Notes under the pieces: model-generated | What the model saw: only the letters and a program-made list of their open reading frames with translations | The model's database searches: none | What the model was told of the DNA's origin: nothing | Translations under genes and position numbers: made by a program | In this document: in pieces, positions 43,401 to 54,926 of the stretch | Layout of the letters: each line of letters starts with the position of its first letter | How positions within the stretch are numbered: the first letter of the stretch is position 1 | Assembly: GCF_009914755.1 (NCBI RefSeq) | Contig: NC_060929.1 | Strand: one strand, 5' to 3' | Source of the DNA: the human T2T-CHM13v2.0 reference genome, Homo sapiens | DNA length: 64,000 bases

Positions 43401-45460
43401 ATCTTATATATTAAAAAACCCAAAGATTCTACAGAAAATTTTTAGAACTAATAAATTCAATAACGTTGCGGGATACAAAATCAACATACAAATATCAATA
43501 GCATTTCTATACACAAATAACAACCTAACTCAAGAAATAAAAAAAAAATTCCATTTACAATAGCATCAAAAAATAAAATAAAATACCTAGGAATAAATTT
43601 AACCAAAGAAATGAAAGATCTTCATACTGAAAACTACAAAATGTTAATGAAAGAAATTAAAGAAGACACAAATAAATGAAAATATATCCCATGTTCATGG
43701 ATTAGAAGAATTAACGTTGTTAAAATGCTAATACTTCCCAAAGCAATATCCAGATTCAAAAAAATACCTATCGAAATCCTAATGGCAATCTTCACAGAAA
43801 TAGAAAAAAACAAGTCTAAAATTTATATAAAACCATGAGACGCTGAATGGCCAAAACAATTTTTGAAAAGAAAAACAAGGTTTCAGGGGTTATGTTTCCT
43901 GTTTTAAAATTACATTATAAAGCCATAATAATTAAAACAGTATGATTCTGGCATAAAATCTGACACATAGACCATTGGATCAGACTAGAGAGCCCAGAAA
44001 TAAATCCAAATGTGTATGGTTAACTAATTTTTTATGAGAACACTAAGATGACACAATGGAAAAATGATAGTCTCTTCATAAATGGTTCTGGGAAAACTAG
44101 ATTTCCATGCTCAAAAGAGCACCATACAAGAAAGTCAACTCAAAATTGATTTTAAAAAGACCTAAATATAATACCAGAAAACTATAAAAGTTCTAGAAGA
44201 GAACATAGGAGGAAATCTCTTGGACTTTGGTCTTGGTAATGATTTTTTGGATACTACACCAAAAGCCCTGACCACAAAAGTAAAAAATAAGTGAATGGAA
44301 CTGCATCAAACTGCAAGGCTTCTGTATAGCAAAGAAAGTAATCAACAAAATGAAATGGCAGCCTATGGATTGGGAAAAAATATTTGTAAGCCATACATCT
44401 GATAATGAATTAATCTCCAAAATTTATAAAGAACACATACAACTCAACAGTGGAAAAAAAAATAACACAATTAGAAAACTGGCAAAACAAAAAAAAGTAT
44501 AGGCATTTCTCCAAAGAAGACATAAAAATTGCTAACATATATAAGAAAACGTGGTCAACATCACTAATTATCAAATAAATGCAAATCAAAATCACTGTGA
44601 GATACCACCTTACACCCATTAGGATGGCTATGGTCAAAAAGTCCAAAGATAAATGTTGGTTAGTGTCTGGAGAAAAGGGAACTCTTATACATTGTTGGTG
44701 GAAATATAGATCAGTATAGCCATTATGGAAAACAGTATGGAAGTTTCTAAAGAAATTAAGCATAGAACTACCATATGATCCAGCAATCCCTTTTCTGGGC
44801 ATATACCAAAAGGAAGTAAAACCATCACCTCATAAAGATATCTGTATTCCCATGTTCATTGCAGCCTTATTTACAGTAGCCAAGATATGGAAATAACCTA
44901 AATGTCTGCCCATTAACAAATGGATAAAGCAACTATGTTACATAGATAATGGAATATTAATCAGCCCTAAAAAGAACAAGATCTTGCCATTTGCTACAAC
45001 ATGAATGAGTCTGAGTATGAATGAGTATTCATTCACTATTTGCCACAACATGAACGAGTATTTCACTTTATGCTTAGTGAAATAAGCCAAACACAGAAAG
45101 AAAAATACTGCATTATCTCACTCACATGTGAAATCTAGAAATAAATTTTCAAATATGCAGAGACAGGTTACCAAGGGAAGGAGGATGGGAAAAAATGGAG
45201 AGATGTAGGTCAGGTGATACAAAGTAACAGATACATAGGATGACCAAGTCTAGAAATCTAATGTACAGCAAGAGGACTATAGGCAATAAAACTGTACTGT
45301 CTATAGGACTCATACTAAATGAGTAGATTTTAGCTGCTCTTGCCACAAAAAAAAAGGTGAGATGATGTATATGTTAATTTGTTTCCCTAAAGTAACCTTT
45401 AATACTATCTAGATGAGTCCCATAACATCATGATTTATACTTAAAATTTATTTAAAAAAC
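40437..45460 (+). mobile_element. L1MA (L1MA4/5-like) with 5'UTR, lacking ORF1 and the ORF2 N-terminus
   Basis: 5' start gacatcagcaaaatggctaactag and GC-rich UTR to ~41960, then ORF2 from the SDH region (ORF 43191..45 LSLFAVDM), then 3'UTR gtagattttagctgctcttg. Confidence 0.88.
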
Positions 45461-45469
45461 AGTAAGTTT

Positions 45470-47715
45470 AAATGTATTTTAAACTATAACTGCAATTGCC
45501 ATTTGAACTTAAAATAGTTATATTTTTTCAAATGTTAGAGAAGATGGCAAAGAAATAGAAAACACAATAAGTTAAAAGTAGAAAAAACAATTGGTATAAC
45601 AAAAGACCTAAGATGTTGGCTTGATGATAAAAGTAAATGACAAATGACATAATAATCAACTAAGTAAACAAAATGGTGGTAGGAAGCTTTATACTAATAT
45701 CAAGCAAAGTTGAATGCAAGCTGAAAATCTTAAATCAGTTATTGATGCAAGTTAAAATCTATAAAAAGTTATAATTACTGTAATTTTTCATTAGCAAAAA
45801 ATACTATGAATAAAACATAAGTAACAGAAGATAAAGAATATATTTACAAGAATACAATTATAGTGAAAAATGACACCTCATTTTCAGTTTTTTGTAGCTC
45901 AAAATATAGATTTGAATAGCAATGTTTGTAATAATATTATAATTAATAAATATGCATATGCCAAATATTGAACCCTAGAAACAAAAAATGCATACTTTTA
46001 AAGACTCACAGATATTCATAGACATTTATCACATTTTTTGGAACAAAAAAATATTAAGTTCCCAAAAGTACAAATACTGTAGGCAACATTCTCTGACTAA
46101 AGCACTTTCAATGCTGGAAACAAATAAAATTAAAAAGAAAAGAAAAACTTATTAAGCAATTCTTAGGTTAAATAAATAATCAAAATCACAATTACAGAAT
46201 ATCTGGAAAAAAACATTTATATTACTAAAAAGGAAAGAACCTAAATAAGTGAGTAAGATGTCACTTGTTAAGAAAAAAAAAATACCAAAATAAACTTTCC
46301 TTCTGGAAAAACAGAAGGAAGGAATATTTTAAAATAAGAAGCAAAAATCCAAAAAAAAGGAAAATGATGGAAATTGTAACTGAATTCAAGATCTGGCTCT
46401 GTGGGGAAAAAATATCAGACACAATTAAATTAGATACATCACTTACCAATGTTAAATTTAAGAGAAAACAAAAAAAAGAGAAAAAACGCAGATGTATAAA
46501 ATAAGCAATGTAAAGAGGGAACGAATACAGATGATAAGAAAATTATCATAAAAAGTACTCTCTACAACTTATATTAATAACTTTTAAAACTTGGATTTTT
46601 TTTTTTTTCAAGAAGAAATAGACTACAAATTGTAGAAGAAATTGTCAATGTTGTCAAAGTTCTCAAAAGGCTTCAGATCTAAAAGGTGCCTTTGGTAGTT
46701 TTTTCCATTCTTCCAAGAAACAGATTACTCCAATACGACTTAAATTTTTTCCAGAGCAACACAAGAGAAAAAATTATCTTAAATTATTTTATGACACTAG
46801 CATATGTGTGGTAGCAATATCTAACAGATTCTCTCTTTTTCTTTCTCTCTGTCTCTCTCTCTCCCACTTCTCTCTCTCAAAGATCTAAATGATGTATTAG
46901 CAAAGGTAATTTAGCAATGCATTAAAATAATAATATAGCATAACCAAGTAGGTTTAACTCCAAGAATATATCAAATTCAACACTGGGAAATCCATTAGAT
47001 TCTTACAGTCAGTCAAATTACAGTAGATATAAAAGGTATTTGATTAAATTCAGACATTCCTGACTTAAAAAAATTTTAAACCTAAAGAGCATTAACCAAA
47101 TATAATTTAATAAATGAAAATATGTCATGTTCTTGATTATAAAATCTCAATATTTTAAGACAATTCATCTATTTATTTTTCTCAAAATAACCTATAATAT
47201 CTATGCATTTTTATTCAAAAGTGAAGCAAAATATGTTTTAGAAACTTGTAAATTATTCTGAAATTACTTTTTAAACATCAATAAAAAGTCAAAACAATTT
47301 GGAAGAATTTTCTATAAAAGGAAATATAAACTTTTAACCTACAATATTGAGTTTGTAAGTACTTCCAAACTTAAAACTTATAAATTGCAATATCTAAAAC
47401 AGAATTGCCACAGAGGCACAGAAATAGTCTAAATTGAAATTGAATTAAGGAGCCAGAAATAGACTCAAGGATATGTGGTAGTTAAGTATATGATAAAGAT
47501 GGCATTTCACATTGGTGAGAAGATGAATTGAATTTTTAATAAATAATGCTGGGATTACTGGTCAGATATTTGGGAAAAGAAAGCTGATTCTTTTATGGGA
47601 AAATAGCTTCCAGATGGATTAAAGGTTTAAATGTGTAAGAGGGAAAAAGGAAAGGACAAAAAGAATTTATAAAATACTAGGAAAAAATGGGTGAATAATT
47701 TTATAATCTTAAAAC
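45470..47715 (+). mobile_element. Highly decayed L1ME ORF2
   Basis: A-rich L1 phrases in ORF2 order (acattctctgac, ccaagtaggtttaactccaagaat, tatgataaagatggcatttca, ccagatggattaaagg). Confidence 0.65.
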
Positions 47716-48786
47716 TGTTACAGGGGGGTCCTTGCTCCCAGAGCGCCCAAGATGGTGGCAGGCCACTTCCAAAGTGGCGGCGAGCCACTTCCAAGATGGT
47801 GGCAAGCCTTGTGTTCTCAGACTTGGGGTTCTTGGCCTCACGGATTCCAAGGAAAGGAATCCTGGGCCATGCAGTGAGTGTTATAGCTCTATTAGAAGCC
47901 GTGGGTCACAGAAGAGAATTGTGGAACCCAGTGACTGGTGTTCAGCTCAATTAGGATGAACCCAGGCACTTAGCTGTGCAGGAACAATGGCAAGCCTTTA
48001 GCCTGATCGGGAGCAGCAATGAGTGCCTCACTGGATAAGGAGCACAGCAGACACCCTGCGGGATCTGAAGGGATAGAAGTCAGCAGCGAGTCTGTGATGG
48101 CGGCAAACAGCAGTGGTGGACAGTGACCAAAAGCTCACCTCCAGACGTAGCAAACACGGACCAGAAGAGTGCAGTTGCAAGATTTAATAGAGTGAAATAG
48201 AGTGAAAACAGAGCTCCCATACAAAAGGAGGGGACCCAAAGAGGGTAGCTGTTGCAGGCTCGAATGCCTGGGTTTATATCCCAATCATCATCCCAGCCAC
48301 TTCTTTAATTTCTTTCATTAACGTTTTGTGGGAAGTCATTCCCCACAAACCACAAATTCTCATCAGATGGGTTTTATTTAACCGTATATATTGTGACTTA
48401 CTTTCCAGCCTGACTCTGGCGTAACATTACAAGACAAAGAGGAAAGTCAAAATACCTTACTCCAAAACATGTTTCTTTGCCGTATCTTGAAATGGCCGTG
48501 GAAAGCTGTCCTTTGTGGGGAAAAATTTACATCTGTAAAGAATCTCTATTAACATAGCTAGATGTTTTCTACCAGACCCTACCAATCCTAAAGAGATTAA
48601 AAATCTAGCACCTTTTAAAGATCTGAATAGGAAACTTTTGGCATCTATTGTATCTAAGAGCAGCCACTATAAGACAATCATCATCCCTCCCACTGTGCTT
48701 GCAGGCGATAGATGATTGGCTATTTCTTTACCTCCTGTTTTTGCCTAATTAGCATTCTAGTGAGTTCTCTGATTGGTCGGGTGTGA
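47716..48786 (-). mobile_element. HERV-W LTR17, U3-truncated and interrupted
   Basis: Reverse complement of the LTR17 U5 end (tgttacagggggtccttgctcccagag), ATTAAA signal, TATA box (tttata 48273-48278) and CCAAT region 48688-48786. Confidence 0.9.
48331..48674 (+). mobile_element. Internal fragment of a MER4D/E-type LTR inside LTR17
   Basis: ccaaaacatgtttctttgcc...catctgtaaagaatctctattaacatagctagat...gcagccactataaga. No LTR termini. Confidence 0.7.
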
Positions 48787-49307
48787 AATGATTCAATAAA
48801 TTATCATCCAAACCATGTATTCAATAAAATAACAATATAGATCTCTTGACATGTATTTGGTTGAGAAAAGCAGATTAAAGAATAGTAGGTACCCCACATA
48901 ACTATAGTCAATTGATCTTTGACAAAGGAGTAAAGACAATACATTGGAGCAAACATCTTCTTTTTGACTAATGCTACTGGAACAACTTGGATATCCACAT
49001 GCATTAAAATTAATCTAGACACAGACCTTACAGCTTTCACAAAAATTAACTCAAAATGGATCACAGAACTAAATATAAAATGCAAAACTATAAAACTCCT
49101 GGGAGATAAAATAGGTGAAAACTTAGATTACCTTGGATTTCGTGATGACATTTTAGATATGACACCAAAGGCACAATCCATAAAAGAATTGATAAGATGG
49201 ATTACATTAAATAAAAATTTTCTGCTTTTTGAAAGGCACTGTCAAGAGAATGAAAAGAGAAGCTACAGGTGAGGAGAAAATATTTGCAAGAGCTATGTCT
49301 GATAAAG

Positions 49308-49648
49308 CAGCAGTCCCTAACCATTTTCACGTCAGGGACTGGCTTAGTGAAAGACAAATTTTCCACAGATTGGGGGTAGGGGAGGTGGTATCAGGATGAA
49401 ACTCTTCCTCATCAGATCATCAGGCATTAGTTAGATTCTCATGAGGAGTTCGCAACCTACATCCCTCATATGCGCAGTTCAAATAGGGTTTGCGCTCCTC
49501 TGAGAATCTAATGCCGCTGTTACCTGACAGGGGGTGGAGCTAGGGTGGTAATGCTTGCTCTCCAGCTGCTTACCTCCTGTTGTGCAGCCCAGTTCCTAAC
49601 AGTCCAGGGACCAGTACTGGTCCACGGCCCGGGGATTGGGGACACCTC
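49308..49648 (+). mobile_element. MER1B hAT-Charlie DNA transposon
   Basis: cagcagtccctaacc...ttggggacacctc. 8-bp TSD tgataaag at 49300-49307 and 49649-49656. Confidence 0.88.
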
Positions 49649-50618
49649 TGATAAAGGACTGTTATCTAAAGTATACAAAGAACTCTCAAAACTCAACAAT
49701 AAGCAAACAGCCTGATTAAAAAAAATGGTTCAGACCTTAACAGATACCTCAAAATATATATATACAAATATCAAGCAAACATATAAAAAGATGCTCCACA
49801 TCATATGTCATTAGGGAAATGCAAATTAGAATGAGATACCACCACACACCTATTAGAATGCCAAAAATCCAGAACAGACAACAGCAAATGCTAGTGAGGT
49901 TGTGGAGCAACAGGAGCTCTTACTTATTACTGTTGGGAATGCAAAGAGGTACAGCCACTTTGGAAGACAGCATGGCAGTTTCTTATAAAACTCTTGACAT
50001 ACAATTTAAAAATTGTGTTTCTTGCTATTTATGCAAACAAATTGAAAACTTAAATGCACACAAAAACCTACACACAGATGTTTAAACAGCTTTATTTTGA
50101 GTTATGAAAACAACCCTAAAGCAACCAAGCAACCATCTTGGTTGAAAGTAACCAGCATATCCTTCAGCAGGTGAATAGATGAATAAACTATAACATATCC
50201 GACAATATTATTCACTGCTAAAAAGAAATAAGCTATTCAGCTGTGAAAAGAATTAGAGGAACCTTAAATGCACATTATTAAGTAAAAGAAGCCAATCTGA
50301 AAAGGCTACATATTCTGTGAGTCCAACTATATGACATTCTGGAAAAAGACAAAATTATACAGACAGTAAAAAGATAAGTGGATGCCACAGGTTAGGGGAG
50401 AGAAAAAGGGCAGAGTGCAAGGCTTTTTTTGTTTTTTTAGAGCAACTATTCTGTATTATACTAAAATGGCAGATACATATCATCATACATTTGTCCAGAC
50501 TCATAGAATATGCAACACCAAGAGTAAACCCTAATGCAAACTATGGACTTTGGGTAATAATGATGTGTCATTGTACGTTCATCAGTTGTAACAACAAATG
50601 TATCACTCTGGTGGGATA

Positions 50619-51195
50619 TGTGAACCCAAAATATCTGAGTCAGTTCTCGGTCAATTTAGGAAGTTAATTTTGCCAAGGTTAAGGATGCACCTGTAACACA
50701 GCCTCAGGAGGTCCTGACAACATGTGCCCGAGGTGGTCCGGGTACAGCTTGCTTTTATACATTTGAGGGAGACATAATACATCAATCAATACACGCAAAA
50801 TTTACTTTGGTTCAATCTGGAGGGGCGGGACAACTCAAAGCTGGGGCTTGCAGGTCATAGGTAGATTTAACAATTTTCTGATTGACGATTCATTGAGAGT
50901 TATGATCAGTGGAAAGAAATGTCTGGGTTACATAAGGGGTTGTGGAGTCCTAGGTTTTAACATGCAGATGAAACTTCCAAGTAGCCGGCTTCAGAGAGAA
51001 CAGACTGTAAATGTTTCTTATCAAACTTAAGGTCTGTGTTGATGTTAATCCTGGAGGGGTATAATGAGACATGTCTGACCCCCTCTTCCACCATGGCCTG
51101 AACTAGATTTTCAGGTTAACTCCGGAATGCCCTTGGCCAAGAGGAGGGGTCCATTCAAATGGTTGAGGGCCTTCAAATTTTATTTTTGGTTTACA
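50619..51195 (-). mobile_element. MER4A-type ERV1 solo LTR
   Basis: Reverse complement starts tgtaaaccaaaaataaaatt. Perfect 4-bp TSD gata at 50615-50618 and 51196-51199. Confidence 0.88.
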
Positions 51196-51414
51196 GATAC
51201 GTTGATGATGAGGGAGCCTATGCTTGTATGGGAACAGGGTGTATAAAGGAAATCTCTGTACTTTCCTCTCAATTTTGCTGTGAACCTAAATCTGCTCTAA
51301 AAAATTATCTTTAAAAAAATAGTAAGTAAAGAATAATGATTATGAAATTGTAGATAATAAGATCCATGTATGGATATGTACACATGGAAATATACAAACT
51401 TTTATAATCAAAAT

Positions 51415-51875
51415 GAGTTATGTCTCCCTTGCAAGAGACAGAAACTCAATTTAAACTAGTTCAAGCAAAAGAGGACCATTTTGGCTCAGATAGCTGAAAA
51501 GTATATTTTCAGGCCCATCTTTTTCAGGGCTTCAAAGAGGTCATCAAGAAGAGCCAGTTTTTTCTTTGTTCCCAACTCTCTGCCCTGTTTTCTCTGTGGG
51601 GGCTCTGTTTCCAGAACAGGATATCTGCTCATGGTGACAAGATGGCTGTTACAGTCCTTACCTCTCCTCCTTTCCATGTTAGTACCAGCATGAAAGAGAA
51701 AAATATTTTCCTGATTATTCATTTGAAAGCTGTACATTCATTGGTCATTGGCTAGCTTAACCTGGGACATGTGCCTATACTCAAATCAACACTGTGGATG
51801 GGCTTAGGCTTTGTGTGCCATGTCACATGCCCTACCCCTATAGCGTGTGGCCTGAGAGTTGGGTGGGTGAGGGGG
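51415..51875 (-). mobile_element. Old MaLR LTR (MLT1K/L-like)
   Basis: ttgcaagagacagaaactcaatttaaactagttcaagcaaaa...tcattggctagcttaacctggg. Confidence 0.55.
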
Positions 51876-51890
51876 AGGAAGAGTATTTCT

Positions 51891-52131
51891 TTTTTTTTTT
51901 TTTTTTTATTTTTACCATATGTCTTTAAAACATAATTTTATTTTAAGTTCTGGGATACATGTGCAGAATGTGCAGGTTTATTACATAGGTATACATGTGT
52001 CATGGTGGTTTGCTGCACCTATCTACCCATCATCTAGGTTTTAAGCCCCACATGCATTACGTATTTGTCCTAATGCTCTCTGTCCCCTTGCCCCCTACTG
52101 CCTGACAGTCCCCGGTGTGTGATGTTCTCCA
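51891..52131 (-). mobile_element. Short L1PA7/8-like 3' end insertion
   Basis: Poly-T, then ttttaagttctgggatacatgtgcagaatg. TSD aggaagagtatttct 51876-51890 / aggaggtgtatttct 52132-52146. Confidence 0.88.
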
Positions 52132-52734
52132 AGGAGGTGTATTTCTGAAGGAAAATTGGAGAAGAGTAAATATATGCCGGGCCACTAAAAGAACAGAAGA
52201 CAAATTTCCCTTCACAATGTTGTTTCTCAACATTTTTTTGTATGTATTATTTGAGAATTTACCATTTTTTACATAGTGAAAACTATGAACAACCATTATA
52301 TGCAACATTTTATATGTAGACAAATCTATTTCCAATATAAATAAAATAAAATATATATTTATTTCTTCATTTCACACTATTTTTATTCTTTTGTGTTTCT
52401 GCCTTGTCTTTCACTTACATATTTTTTTCATACAAACCTCTCAGTATCACTTCTTTTTGTTGTCTTTCCATAGCTGTTATTCAGACTTCCAAAGTCACAG
52501 GTAAAAGCATATGTGAAGTGAAATTATTTACCCTAGGAAGTATTTCAGAGAAGGAAGTGGAGAAGTAAAGAAATATGCAGTGGCTCCAGAATGTCTGAAG
52601 AGAGTTTTAGGGGACTGGTCTTGAGTTATATTTGTATAGCAAACACAATTTTTACTTTGATGCCAAGTTGTTGGAAGGAAGAGCAGCTTTCCAAAGCTTA
52701 TGAGATGTTGCCTTTGATGAATGGTTTTATTTAG

Positions 52735-52900
52735 ATCGGTGCCCTAGAAAACTTTCATGTGCATATGAGTCACCTAGACACCTGATAAAATGCAGATTCT
52801 GACCCACTAGGTTCATGTTGGGACTCAAGGCTTATAATTTCTCACAAGCTCCCAGGTGATATTAATGCTGCAATTCCACAGATCATATGTTGAAATGCAA
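52735..52900. mobile_element. MER5A-type DNA transposon
   Basis: gagtcacctag...aaaatgcagattctga...acaagctcccaggtgat. Confidence 0.7.
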
Positions 52901-53733
52901 GTATTTGTATAACAATTTCCTAACAAGTCAAGAATCAAATCAACCATTTTCTGCATATTTTATTAAAACTGGAAATATATTAAAATATTTTCAATTATTC
53001 TGGGCTTATTTGTATATGCTACTATTTTTCTATTTAGGGCTAAGTAAAGCAAAATTAACAATAGTTGATTCTGTATTACCTCACCTTAAAAGAAAGAAGA
53101 TATTCCAACTTTCTTTCCCACCATCTAATAAGTAATGTTAAACATCTTTTTATATTATGTCATAAGAAAGAAAATGCTCTTTTGCTGTCTTAAATGCTAT
53201 TTTTCTTGTTCTGGAATGAAGATTACTCAATTCAACTTTGAATTACACTGGAATTGTGTCTAACATTTTTTATTGTTTGAGATTTGATAGTGTGCTCTGT
53301 CAAGGGCAAACTCGAGAGCCATGAGTTTTTGCTTTATTGCTGCCAACTAGTATAATTTGTAGAGCAAAAGGAGAAAGGCACTAAGAATGTCTCTTGAAGA
53401 AAGTGTATTTAAAATTTAGATTCCCACTTGTGCAAAATGGTGGCTGTTCCTCCTAACTGTGGGTCTGTATGACCTTGAGCAGCAGACACAGCCCAGCCCC
53501 AGCTTTCAACACCAATAACGCCTGAAGACCCAAGCCATTTCACCTGTCCAAGGCCAATTTTTGTGGCTGGATATGAATTCACTCTGGGTAACAAACATTG
53601 CTAATGATTTGTTTGTTTTTAAGCTTCATATGACCTCTCTAACTCCAGGCCCTTTGTCAGTTCCTCTCTGCCCTCTAAGAAGAATGGAATCTGGGAACCA
53701 AGGTCAAGAGCAAAAGTCTGCTTTGTTTAAGGG

Positions 53734-53770
<37 letters not shown>
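53734..53770. repeat. (GA)n microsatellite
   Basis: Interrupted GA repeat. Confidence 0.9.
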
Positions 53771-53912
53771 TGCACACGTACAAGCATAAAATAGAAGCAC
53801 CTTTCTCTTTGCCGCAGTTGGTTTGGGCACATTCCTTTCAGTTTACCCCAGGAACCAGAATTGCTTTTGGGGACTCTAGCACTAGCAGGTAATTCCAAAG
53901 TGGTAGCTCTGC

Positions 53913-54416
53913 TGTATTAGTCAGGGTTCTCTAGAGGGACAGAACTAATAGAATAGATGTATATATAAAGGGTATTAACTTTATTAATACATTATATATT
54001 ATATACATCTATATATTAATATATAGATGTATATATTAAGGAGTATTAACTTAAATGATCACAAGGTCCCACAATAGGCTGTCTGCAAGCTGAGGGGCAA
54101 AGAAGCTATTCCAAGTCCCAAAGCTGAAGAACTTGGAGTCTGATGTTGGAGGGCAGGAAGCAACCAGCATGGGAGAAAGATATAGGCTGGGAGGCTAAGC
54201 CAGTCTAATCTCTCCACATTCTTCTGCCTGCTTTTTATTCTGACTGCACTGGCAGCTGACTAGATGGTGCCCACCCGGATTGAGGGTAGGTCTGCCTCTC
54301 ACAGTCCACTGACTCAAATGTTAATCTCCTTTGGCAGCACCCTCACAGACACACCCAGGAACAATACTTTGCATCCTTCAATCCAATCAAGTTGACACTC
54401 AGTATTAACCATCACA
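53913..54416 (-). mobile_element. MLT2A (HERV-L) solo LTR
   Basis: tgtattagtcagggttctctagagggacagaacta...ttaaccatcaca, flanked by ctctgc on both sides. Confidence 0.9.
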
Positions 54417-54443
54417 CTCTGCTATCATTTTTATTTAACGTAG

Positions 54444-54926
<483 letters not shown>

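Larger units (their letters stand above)
48790..51320 (+). mobile_element. L1MC1-like 3' portion, interrupted by MER1B and MER4A
   Basis: ORF2 C-terminal remnants (ORF 48964 FTKINSKWI) and 3'UTR aaccctaatgcaaactatggactttggg...ttttgctgtgaacctaaa. Confidence 0.82.
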
